Source of the DNA: Candidatus Bathyarchaeota archaeon
Lineage (GTDB): Archaea > Thermoproteota > Bathyarchaeia > Bathyarchaeales > Bathycorpusculaceae
Reading direction: 5' to 3'
NCBI GenBank assembly: GCA_963833575.1
Contig: CAWHXY010000008.1
Coordinates: 139,379-203,378 of the forward strand
DNA length: 64,000 bases
Each line of letters starts with the position of its first letter. Position 1 is the stretch's first letter. The notes beneath the pieces were generated by a model, which saw only the letters and a list, made by a program, of their open reading frames with translations, ran no database searches and had not been told where the DNA came from. The position numbers and the translations under genes were made by a program. Of this stretch, positions 49,568-58,933 are shown one piece after another.

Positions 49568-51241
49568 ATGTGTGGAATCGTAGGAATCTTTAACATCGTT
49601 GAACCAGTGCCTCAAGCACGGGACAAGGCTCTCAGGATGGCTACAAAAATTAGACACAGAGGCCCAGATTGGAGCGGCATTTACAGTGACGACAAGGCCA
49701 TTCTTGCACATGAAAGACTCTCCATCGTGGACGTTGAACATGGTGCACAACCATTGTTTGACAAACTCAACGGAAACGTTCTCGGCGTAAACGGAGAAAT
49801 CTATAACCACATTCTTCTTCGCCAAAAACTAAAAAAAGAACATTTATGGCAAACAAAGTCGGATTGCGAAGTAATACTGTACCTTTACGACGAGTATGGT
49901 CCAGAGTTCTTGAATATGCTAAACGGTATGTTTGCCTTTATCTTATATGATAAGAAAAAAGGGAATTATTTTGTCGCTAGGGACCACATTGGCATTATTC
50001 CATTGTATGTAGGTTGGGATAGCAAAGGAACTTTTTATGTGGCCAGTGAAATGAAAGCCCTAAATGACTTCTGCACAGACATCAAAGAGTTTCCGCCAGG
50101 ACACTATCTAATCGGTAATGACAAAGATTTTGTTAGGTGGTACAAACCTGCATGGGCAGAGAAAATCCCAACCGAAAGGCTGTCTCTTCCAGAATTAAAG
50201 AAGGCACTGGAAAAATCCGTCAAGGGACAAATGATGTCAGACGTTCCCTATGGAGTTCTTATCTCAGGCGGGTTAGATTCTTCGCTAATAGCGGCCATCG
50301 CATCTAAATACAGGAAGAAAAGGGTTGAAACAGGCGACAAAGAAGAAGCATGGTGGCCACGCTTACACTCATTCGCAGTAGGTCTGGCAGATTCGCCTGA
50401 TCTGAAATACGCCAAAAAAGTCGCAGATTACATCGGGACAGTCCATCACGAGATAATATTTACTATACAAGAAGGCTTCGACGCTATACCAGACGTCATT
50501 TACCATTTAGAGACTTTTGATGTCACCACTATTCGAGCTGCAACGCCCATGTATTTAATGGCGAGAAAAATAAAATCGATGGGCATCAAAATGGTTCTTT
50601 CGGGTGAAGGTGCAGACGAAGTTTTTGGAGGCTATCTGTATTTTCACAAGGCACCAAATGCACAAGAATTCTACGAAGAAACCGTTAGAAAGCTTTTCAT
50701 GCTTAGCAAATACGATTGCTTGCGGGCTAACAAAGCGACAGCTGCTTGGGGCGTTGAAACACGAGTGCCATTTTTGGATAAGGAGTTTTTGGATTTTGCA
50801 ATGAGCTTTGACCCCATAGAGAAAATGTGCTCTGGAGACAAAATCGAAAAGTACGTTCTGCGAAAGGCATTTGAAGGATATATTCCTGCTGAAATTCTTT
50901 GGAGACAAAAAGAACAGTTTTCCGACGGTGTAGGTTACGGCTGGATAGACTATCTCAAAAAATACGTTGAAAGTTCAGTAACTGATGAAATGTTAAAGAA
51001 TGCTAAAAATAAGTTCCCTGTTCAAACACCATCATCAAAAGAAGAGTATTACTATAGGCAAATATTTGACAAATACTTCACCTGCTCGACTGCTGCATTA
51101 ACTGTTCCTGTCGGCCCAACAATTGCCTGTTCTACTCCTACAGCCTTTAGATGGAGCAAAGAATTTGCCAAAATGGCTGACCCATCAGGCAGATCCGTTA
51201 AGGCACATAAACAAACATTAAACGAAAGCAAGAATCACTAA
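49568..51241 (+). CDS. asnB: asparagine synthetase B (glutamine-hydrolysing)
   Basis: MCGI start at 49568, HRGPD, NGEIYN, SGGLDSS, SGEGADE, KEQFSDGVG. Confidence 0.96.
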   Translation: MCGIVGIFNIVEPVPQARDKALRMATKIRHRGPDWSGIYSDDKAILAHERLSIVDVEHGAQPLFDKLNGNVLGVNGEIYNHILLRQKLKKEHLWQTKSDCEVILYLYDEYGPEFLNMLNGMFAFILYDKKKGNYFVARDHIGIIPLYVGWDSKGTFYVASEMKALNDFCTDIKEFPPGHYLIGNDKDFVRWYKPAWAEKIPTERLSLPELKKALEKSVKGQMMSDVPYGVLISGGLDSSLIAAIASKYRKKRVETGDKEEAWWPRLHSFAVGLADSPDLKYAKKVADYIGTVHHEIIFTIQEGFDAIPDVIYHLETFDVTTIRAATPMYLMARKIKSMGIKMVLSGEGADEVFGGYLYFHKAPNAQEFYEETVRKLFMLSKYDCLRANKATAAWGVETRVPFLDKEFLDFAMSFDPIEKMCSGDKIEKYVLRKAFEGYIPAEILWRQKEQFSDGVGYGWIDYLKKYVESSVTDEMLKNAKNKFPVQTPSSKEEYYYRQIFDKYFTCSTAALTVPVGPTIACSTPTAFRWSKEFAKMADPSGRSVKAHKQTLNESKNH

Positions 51242-51630
51242 CTTTCGGAACTGAACCATCCCTTGCTTCCAGAAACGATAGATTAGCAAAAACACACATT
51301 TTTCCATCTTTTCCACAGTTTCCTAAAAAAAGGTCCAGAAATTATAAAAAAGTGTGAACAAATCACAACCAATCACAATTAACCTTATATAAAACTGTAA
51401 ATATGGACTAAGTTATAAGGGAGAAAGGAGGTAAATTAGTGAAATATCTAAAAAATAGCTTTTCGCTAGGAAAAAACAGAGGATTCCACAATTTACCTTT
51501 TTGGACTTGCAGATAATTATGTTCAAATCAAATTGTATTTGTATGCACTGTATTGCCTTGGCAGGTTCTTGTGTAAGCCATTTGCCAATAAGTGATTGCA
51601 ACTACGCACTTAAAGTGGAGAAGGAATAAA

Positions 51631-51921
51631 ATGGAGAGATTCTTAGCTTCAGTCAACATTTTCGTCGAATCAACACAAATGGATAGCGTTTTAGCCGCGC
51701 TATCGAAACTTAAAGATATCGAAGAAGTCTACGAGGTAGCGGGCGAATATGACATTGTAACCCTAGTTTCCACTTCCACGCTAGAAGAATTTCGCGATAT
51801 TTTACAGAAACATATCATGAAAATTAAAGGCGTAAAAAGCACCATAACTACTATAATACTGCATCCACATAAGGGGCGTAAGTCCCGCCTAGGAAAAAGC
51901 AGCTTAACATCAGCCACTTAG
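51631..51921 (+). CDS. stand-alone Lrp/AsnC ligand-binding (RAM) domain protein
   Basis: YEVAGEYDI, GVKST.T; no HTH. Confidence 0.85.
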   Translation: MERFLASVNIFVESTQMDSVLAALSKLKDIEEVYEVAGEYDIVTLVSTSTLEEFRDILQKHIMKIKGVKSTITTIILHPHKGRKSRLGKSSLTSAT

Positions 51922-51973
51922 TTGGGGATAGGAGCAATAGTGAGTAGAAATGTTTTTTGGAGTTTCGGATTAA

Positions 51974-53629
51974 TTGATCGATGCAGTTCAGGCGTTATCA
52001 GTCATTCTCATTCTTGGAGTAACCATAGTCATAGCCAAGCTAATAGCGCCATACATAACTGGAGTATTTAATCGAAAACCAAGCCGCTTAGATAGAGTAC
52101 TCAATCCGATAGAGAACTTCATCTACAAAATCACAGGCGTAAACTCTGAACAAACGATGGGTTGGAAGCAATTCTTCCTCGCAGGTTTATTGCTAAACGT
52201 TGTCATGATGGTCATAGGCTTTCTTATTCTTGTCTTTCAAGGCAATTTGCCGCTTAATCCAATGGGCTTTGGTGGTGTACGCCCCGACCTTTCTTTTATG
52301 CAAGTCGCCTCATTTGTTACAAACACGGATCTGCAACATTATAACGGTGAAGCCACCTTTTCAATTTTGAGCCAAATGAGTGTTCTCCAATGGCTTCAAT
52401 TCACATCAGCCATTACAGGACTATGCATGGGTATTGCATTTATTCGTGGACTAATGGTTGGCTCCAAAGATATGGGTAACTTTTATGTTGATTTCACAAG
52501 GTCCATAACAAGAATTTTCTTGCCACTCGCCATAATAGCTTCGATTATTTTTCTGGCTTTGGGCGTCCCGCAAACCTTCAATGCGTTAACTACTGTGAAG
52601 ACTATCGAAGGAGCTACTCAATCGATACTAGTTGGACCCGTTGCTTCTCTTGATTCTATAATGCAGATAGGAACCAACGGCGGCGGCTTCTACGGAGCAA
52701 ACGCTGCTTACCCCTTCATGAATCCCTCGCCCATTTCCAACATTTTAATGATTTCGTTGATGCTTCTGCTTCCAACAGCGCTGATTTTTGTTTTTGGTGA
52801 AATGATAGGTAAAAAACGCGAATCTAGACCGCTTTTGTGGGGAGCTTATATCCTTTTTGGACTAAACCTGGTTTTGGCATTCATTCCAACTCTTCCGTTA
52901 GTGGCGCCGGGAATTGAAACACGTTTTGGCGGCTTTATGTCCAGCTTCTTCACTGTTACAACAACTGCTGCGACAACAGGATCGGTAAACTCTGCCTTAC
53001 TCGGAAATCACCCTCTTACGTTAACTTCAGGCTTCTTAGGAATGTTTATTCAGTCAATTCCTGGCGGAAAAGGGATAGGCATGATGTACATGGTCATGTA
53101 CATTATCATAACGGTCTTTATCGTCGGCTTAATGTCTGGAAGAACCCCTGAATACTTGGGCATCAAAATCACAGGGCGCGACGTCAAACTTGTAATGATC
53201 GCATTCCTTATCCACCCAATGATCATACTCATCCCAACGCTACTATCTTATGCCACAGGTGCAGCTGCCGCGGTAGCCGGTCACTCCGTTGGATACGGTT
53301 TTACACAAATACTCTGGGAATTCACCTCAGCAGCCGCCAACAACGGCTCAGATTTCCTTGGAGCCTCAGCAAACACTCCCTTCTTCAACATAGTAACTGG
53401 CATCGTAATGCTGATTGGCCGCTACGCACCCATAGCCATACTCCTGGCTCTTTCAGGTTCAATGATCGGTAGAAAACGCGGAGGCACATCCGGACTGAAA
53501 ACTGACAGCCCAGTATTCACCATAGTCTTAGTTGTCGCCATCATTATACTCGTAGTATTGACGTTCTTCCCATTCCTTGCTCTGGGGCCAATTTCATCAT
53601 TTTTCGGAGGGTTAACAAATGGCTTCTGA
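51974..53629 (+). CDS. kdpA: K+-transporting ATPase subunit A
   Basis: SFVTNTD.QHY, GTNGGG, GRTPEYLG, SAAANNGS. Confidence 0.96.
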   Translation: MIDAVQALSVILILGVTIVIAKLIAPYITGVFNRKPSRLDRVLNPIENFIYKITGVNSEQTMGWKQFFLAGLLLNVVMMVIGFLILVFQGNLPLNPMGFGGVRPDLSFMQVASFVTNTDLQHYNGEATFSILSQMSVLQWLQFTSAITGLCMGIAFIRGLMVGSKDMGNFYVDFTRSITRIFLPLAIIASIIFLALGVPQTFNALTTVKTIEGATQSILVGPVASLDSIMQIGTNGGGFYGANAAYPFMNPSPISNILMISLMLLLPTALIFVFGEMIGKKRESRPLLWGAYILFGLNLVLAFIPTLPLVAPGIETRFGGFMSSFFTVTTTAATTGSVNSALLGNHPLTLTSGFLGMFIQSIPGGKGIGMMYMVMYIIITVFIVGLMSGRTPEYLGIKITGRDVKLVMIAFLIHPMIILIPTLLSYATGAAAAVAGHSVGYGFTQILWEFTSAAANNGSDFLGASANTPFFNIVTGIVMLIGRYAPIAILLALSGSMIGRKRGGTSGLKTDSPVFTIVLVVAIIILVVLTFFPFLALGPISSFFGGLTNGF

Positions 53630-55808
53630 GCCAGAAAAGACTATCCAGGTGCCACCGCAAAGCAAGACATCAGCACCCGGAGGGCTGAGAACTGCTTTTT
53701 CAGGAAAAGTCCTTCTTGACTCGATAAAACGATTAAGCCCAAAATCACTAATCAAGAACCCTGTCATGCTTATCGTAGAAATAACCTTCTTTATTGTTGC
53801 AGCGATGGCTATAGTTCCACAAGCTTTCGTACCAGTTGCCAATCCCAACTTGCAAATATTCTACGTCGAAGTCGCAGCCATCTTACTTCTCACAGTTTGG
53901 TTCAGCACACTTTCTGACGCACTTGCTGAACAACAGGCAAAAAGTACCGCAGGCAGTCTGAGAAAACTGGAAACTGAAGTCGCAAGCAAGAAAATAGTAA
54001 CCGAGGGCTGGACACGAACCATAGTTAACCTAAAATCCACTGAACTAAGAAAAGACGACCTCATCTTAATCGAGAAAGATGACATTGTTCCCTTAGATGC
54101 AGATGTCCTTGAAGGAATTGCGATGGTTGATGAGTCGCTGGTCACTGGCGAATCAGCTCCTGTCAGGAAAGCACCTGGGGACTCGCTAATCGGAGGCTCA
54201 CGGGTTGTCAGCGACACTCTAACGGCAAAAGTCACCACTAATCCAGGAGAAACCTTCATCGACCAAATGATAAAGATGGTTGAATCTTCGAAAAGACCAA
54301 AGACACCTAACGAAGTAGCAATTACAATTGTCCTGATCGGTCTAACTGCCATCTTTACCATAATCATACTTGCTCTCCTAGGCATGTCAGTGACTCTTGG
54401 CTTGGGTGCGGATCTATCGGTATTGATTGCGCTCTATGTTTGCCTTCTTCCAACAACAATTGGTGCTTTACTGCCAGCAATCGGTCTCTCCGGTATGTCC
54501 AGACTTTACAAAAGTAAAATAATCGCAAAATCCGGAAAGGCCATTGAAACTGCAGGAGACACCGACGTAGTTCTCTTAGACAAAACTGGAACAATCACTG
54601 TCGGAAACCGACAGGCAATAAAATTTGTTCCATTTGAAGGCTATACAGAAGAAGATGTTGGGGAAGCTGCTTTCCTTTCATCATGGCACGATGATACTCC
54701 AGAAGGACGTAGCATTCTTAGATTGGCGTATGAGAAAGGTTTTGTTCCAAGTGAACTAAACTCTCTTGCAACTTCAGAAGTTTTTCCGTTCTCTGCTAGT
54801 ACTCGGACAAGCGGAGTCAAAGTAATATCGCAATCAAACTTGACTCTTCCAAAAGGAGGCAAAGTTATTCTTCAAAGGCAGAGAATGCGGCGAAAAACCT
54901 CAGAATATTCCGGCGAATCGATGGCTTCAATTCTTGAACCTGAGATTAATGTCCTCAAAGGTGCTCCAGAGTCAATTAAAAAATTGTCATCTTTGGTGCC
55001 ACAAAACTATGACCTAATAGTGGAAGGCATTTCTTCAGCTGGAGAAACCCCAATAGCCGTTTCAATAAATGGCAAAGCTATAGGCATAATTAGGCTGAAA
55101 GATGTCCTCAAAGAAGGAATTAAAGAAAAAATACAGGCATTAAAAACAATGGGCATTCATCCGGTAATGATTACGGGTGATCAACCGCTTACAGCAAAGA
55201 GCATTGCATCCGAGGTTGGAATTGACGAATTTGTGGCTCAAGCTAAACCAGAGGACAAATTCAGCATCGCAAAGAAGGAACAAGCAGACAGTAAAATTGT
55301 TGCGATGATTGGCGACGGAACAAACGATGCGCCTGCACTTTCCGCTGCTGATGTTGGGTTAGCGATGAACTCAGGTACTGAAGCAGCTAAAGAAGCAGCT
55401 AACATGGTTGACTTGGAATCGAACCCAGCTAAAATAATTGATGTGGTTATGCTGGGCAAGCAGTTGCTTATGACTCGAGGAGCAGTAACCGCCTTTAGCA
55501 TCGCCAACGACATTGCAAAGTACTTTGCCATTATGCCGGTTTTATTCGGTGTTGCCATTCCACAATTGCAAGCTTTGAACATTCTGCAGCTTGGTTTGAA
55601 GAGTGCAGTCTTGTCAGCTCTAATATTCAATGCTATAATAATTCCGCTTTTGATTCCTCTTGCCATGCGAGGCATCGCATTCAAACCTACCAGCACAATG
55701 ACTCTTTTCCTCAAGAATACGCTAATCTACGGTGTTGGCGGAGTCATCGTGCCCTTCATCGGAATCAAACTCATAGATTTGCTTCTAGTAGGAGTATTTC
55801 ATATTTAG
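53619..55808 (+). CDS. kdpB: K+-transporting ATPase subunit B
   Basis: TGES, PTTIG, DKTGT, GDGTNDAP, TRG. Confidence 0.97.
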   Translation: MASEPEKTIQVPPQSKTSAPGGLRTAFSGKVLLDSIKRLSPKSLIKNPVMLIVEITFFIVAAMAIVPQAFVPVANPNLQIFYVEVAAILLLTVWFSTLSDALAEQQAKSTAGSLRKLETEVASKKIVTEGWTRTIVNLKSTELRKDDLILIEKDDIVPLDADVLEGIAMVDESLVTGESAPVRKAPGDSLIGGSRVVSDTLTAKVTTNPGETFIDQMIKMVESSKRPKTPNEVAITIVLIGLTAIFTIIILALLGMSVTLGLGADLSVLIALYVCLLPTTIGALLPAIGLSGMSRLYKSKIIAKSGKAIETAGDTDVVLLDKTGTITVGNRQAIKFVPFEGYTEEDVGEAAFLSSWHDDTPEGRSILRLAYEKGFVPSELNSLATSEVFPFSASTRTSGVKVISQSNLTLPKGGKVILQRQRMRRKTSEYSGESMASILEPEINVLKGAPESIKKLSSLVPQNYDLIVEGISSAGETPIAVSINGKAIGIIRLKDVLKEGIKEKIQALKTMGIHPVMITGDQPLTAKSIASEVGIDEFVAQAKPEDKFSIAKKEQADSKIVAMIGDGTNDAPALSAADVGLAMNSGTEAAKEAANMVDLESNPAKIIDVVMLGKQLLMTRGAVTAFSIANDIAKYFAIMPVLFGVAIPQLQALNILQLGLKSAVLSALIFNAIIIPLLIPLAMRGIAFKPTSTMTLFLKNTLIYGVGGVIVPFIGIKLIDLLLVGVFHI

Positions 55809-55819
55809 GATGGAAAAAC

Positions 55820-56284
55820 ATGACTGAACAAAAAGAAAAATGGAACTTCAAACCTGTCATAGGCTTAGCATTGGTTTCGCTACTGATTTGTGGATTATTT
55901 TACCCCTTTCTCATAACGGGAATAGGCCAAGTTTTCTTTCCCAACCAAGCCAACGGTGACCTTGACCAATTAAACGGGCAACCAGTCGGATCGAATCTAA
56001 TAGCTCAAAGCTTCTCTTTGCCAATTTTCTTCCACACAAGAAACGAAACAACCTCGCCATCAGCATCAGGAGTTGATCCAGATATTACGCTTCAAGAGGC
56101 TTACTCCCAAATACCTAGCATTAGCAATGCAACAAATATTCCAAAAGCTTCTTTAACAAATATTGTTAAACAGAGTCAAGAAGGAACATTTTGGATTTTC
56201 GGAAACCCCTACGTCAACGTCTTAAGAATCAACCTTTTGCTCATTAAAGATTATCCTTCAATCTACGGCAATTTCTCTGGCTAA
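55820..56284 (+). CDS. kdpC: K+-transporting ATPase subunit C (short)
   Basis: YP, FP.QANG, GS.LI.Q, SASGVDPDI, VNVL.IN. Confidence 0.92.
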   Translation: MTEQKEKWNFKPVIGLALVSLLICGLFYPFLITGIGQVFFPNQANGDLDQLNGQPVGSNLIAQSFSLPIFFHTRNETTSPSASGVDPDITLQEAYSQIPSISNATNIPKASLTNIVKQSQEGTFWIFGNPYVNVLRINLLLIKDYPSIYGNFSG

Positions 56285-56456
56285 TCCAATTACTTTCCTT
56301 ATCATGTCATAGTGTTGAATGAAAGTTTAGCGCGAGTAAGTTTACAAACTTTCAACCAAAATTCACGCGTTTGTTGAGCAAAGACACTTTTTACTATTCA
56401 AATGACAAGCAAAGTATAAATAAGCGAAACCCATGTTCAATGGGAAAGAGACCAAT

Positions 56457-56750
56457 ATGCAAAGACTATTAGCATTTGTAGACATATTCGTAGAATCTCA
56501 AGAAATGGATAACGTTTTAGCTTCACTTATCCAATTAGAAAATCTCCAAGAGTTATATGAAGTTACAGGCGAATTTGACATTGTAACTTTAGTTTCAGCC
56601 GCAGACATAGAAGAATTTCGAGATATTCTAAAAAACAAAATTATGAAGATAAAAGGCGTCAAAAGCACTGTCAGCTCGATTGTTCTTAAAGCTCACAAAG
56701 GACCAAAGTGCACCGAAGAAAACAACACACCGTCACAAACATCAGTTTAA
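56457..56750 (+). CDS. stand-alone Lrp/AsnC ligand-binding domain protein, paralog of 51631
   Basis: YEVTGEFDIVTLVS..EEFRDIL...IMKIKGVKST. Confidence 0.85.
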   Translation: MQRLLAFVDIFVESQEMDNVLASLIQLENLQELYEVTGEFDIVTLVSAADIEEFRDILKNKIMKIKGVKSTVSSIVLKAHKGPKCTEENNTPSQTSV

Positions 56751-56841
56751 GATATAATTTTTTGTTCCTCAATCTTTCTAATTTAGTTAGAACTTTAATA
56801 TTTTTAAGAAGAAAAAAACAAAAAATAGTTTAATGTTTAGG

Positions 56842-57075
56842 CTACATCGGGGATAAGACGATGGATGTTTCTGTGCGGGTAACATTTGGGTCTTTTTCGA
56901 TTATTTTGTAAACCACTTTGTTTATGTCTTCAAGGCAAGGTGCTTCCAAAATTACTATTGCGTCGTACCTGCCGAAAATAGCATCGGCTACTACGGTTTC
57001 TTTAACGTCTCTTAATCTCTTCACTACTTCTAATGATGTTCCTAGTTTTGTGCTTAAGAGTATGTAGGCTTTCAT
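56842..57075 (-). CDS. stand-alone Lrp/AsnC ligand-binding domain protein
   Basis: AYILL, FGRYDAI, V.RTETSI. Confidence 0.85.
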   Translation of the reverse strand: MKAYILLSTKLGTSLEVVKRLRDVKETVVADAIFGRYDAIVILEAPCLEDINKVVYKIIEKDPNVTRTETSIVLSPM

Positions 57076-57246
57076 TTTTGTTCCTCTTTTCGGGTTTTTT
57101 TCTTTGAATTAAGAAGAATATGACTCTATTGCATATAAGTTTTGTTTAGACATGTGTTTAACATTTATGAATAATTATGAACAAATCACAACCATATTTA
57201 TATTCAGCTGGGCAGGTAACTAACTATAAAAGAAAATGGTGAAAAC

Positions 57247-57345
57247 ATGTTTGGATTAATTGATGTAGCCTCAATAGCAACAATCGTAGCTTCATTCGCC
57301 TTTGTAGTATGCAACATAAGGGTAGAACTCAAAACCAAAATATAA
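57247..57345 (+). CDS. 32-aa single-TM peptide
   Basis: GGTGA SD, upstream TATA, MFGLIDVASIATIVASFAFVVCNIRVELKTKI. Confidence 0.5.
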   Translation: MFGLIDVASIATIVASFAFVVCNIRVELKTKI

Positions 57346-57608
57346 TATCGAGACTTAGCCGAGAGTCTTCAATAAGCTACCCTAATGAAGACCCCAAAAT
57401 ACTTCTAGAGTTTTCTGGCCAAAAGAAGATAAATTTCTACTCTCTTTCCTAATTTTTTAAACGCTGATTCAATTTTTTTCAGAATAATGCAATTACTAGC
57501 CCAAGTTTGATGTTTTTTCTCTGAATGAATATCCTACACATTTTGATTGAAGAAACAAGCATACACTTAGCTCCAATTATACACAAGTCATTACGAATTT
57601 TTCAATCT

Positions 57609-58148
57609 TTACATTATGGGGACGTTTATTGTTGCGCTGTCCTCTAAAAATTCTGTTTTCACTTTTTTGTTCAAGCCATACTCAAATAAAGTCGATATTA
57701 CTTCGGAAACATATACACTCCAGTTTTCCCCTAAGTTGTGACGTAAATGAAAAATCTCTTTGTTGTTCTTAATGTGGTGATTGTAATTGAACCAATTTCC
57801 ATAGTGCCCGTAGAATTCTTTTATAAGGTAAGTTACGCTTTCATGATCAAAACTAAGTCCTAAAGTATTAAGAATGTCTTGAGCGTTTACAGACCCTGCT
57901 TTTTTCGCGCCAACCATTAGGTCTTCTTTTGAGCATGCATTAATTATTGCAGAAAAACTTTTTTGTGTCATAGTTATTGTGGAAAATTGTTTGATGTGTC
58001 TGTAAAATAGACAATAGTCCCTAAGAGCTCTATTCACAATGGCATTTGGGCTAATTCCTTCGCTTTTAGCTTCTTCATTCAAAATATTGAGCCATCGTTC
58101 GTCTATTCTGAAAGAGCGCCCGATTGTTCGGATTTTCCCATTGCTCAA
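57609..58148 (-). CDS. RHH-domain protein with C-terminal ligand-binding-like domain
   Basis: RSFRID....L.EEA...GIS.NAIVN.AL; start inferred at TTG 58148. Confidence 0.7.
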   Translation of the reverse strand: MSNGKIRTIGRSFRIDERWLNILNEEAKSEGISPNAIVNRALRDYCLFYRHIKQFSTITMTQKSFSAIINACSKEDLMVGAKKAGSVNAQDILNTLGLSFDHESVTYLIKEFYGHYGNWFNYNHHIKNNKEIFHLRHNLGENWSVYVSEVISTLFEYGLNKKVKTEFLEDSATINVPIM

Positions 58149-58268
58149 TTCAAAACAAGCTCCAATTAAAGTTATAATTTGTGTTACAATATAACTCTTT
58201 GTATTTGTCCAAGTGCAGTGTTTACTTAATACTTTTATGATTCGATTCGCATGCCCTTGAAGGTTTAA

Positions 58269-58667
58269 ATGGTTGATAAGAACGAACAAAAACTCATTAG
58301 GGTTCTTTTGATAATTTATGAGCCAATTCTGCTAGAAACTACAGCCGAATGCCTAAACCTTCAAGGTGGCCTTATTACGGAAACAGCATTGTCAATTGAT
58401 GAAGCTATGACAAAAATGCAGAAGACAAAGTTTGATGTAGTCGTTTGTGACTTGGAGGCACCCGTAACAACCACTTTCGATTTCCTGAATAAACTCCGAA
58501 ACAAAGGTGACAAAATTCCTTTTATCATGTTTGCGGTGAGCGGAGAAAGGGAACTGGCAATTAAAGCCCAGAGCCTAGGTGCAAATGGATTTGTTGAAAA
58601 ATATGGCGATCCCAGTATCGTGTTTCCAACCTTAAAGAAATGCATAATATCTGTGATAGGAAATTAG
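58269..58667 (+). CDS. atypical receiver-domain protein
   Basis: VVVCD, GANGFVEK; lacks N-terminal DD and conserved T. Confidence 0.7.
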   Translation: MVDKNEQKLIRVLLIIYEPILLETTAECLNLQGGLITETALSIDEAMTKMQKTKFDVVVCDLEAPVTTTFDFLNKLRNKGDKIPFIMFAVSGERELAIKAQSLGANGFVEKYGDPSIVFPTLKKCIISVIGN

Positions 58668-58933
58668 TAAAAAAGCAAGCATTTAGCGTTTGGTGAGCTC
58701 GACTTAAGGGTGAAGCACGCAGTTTTTACTTCATTTTGAATCAGACTTGGTAAGGCCGCGAGAATTAAAGCTTCAACTTTTGCTTTGATCAACCTCGAGT
58801 CCCTTCTTTTTCGCACTTCAGTTTGTTTCGAATTTAAAATAATGAATGACTCTTTGAGGAGTCTGTGTAATGATTATAACATAAGTTTAGTGGTTCACAA
58901 TACTTATAGTCCCTGCACTTGCAAATTTAGGCC

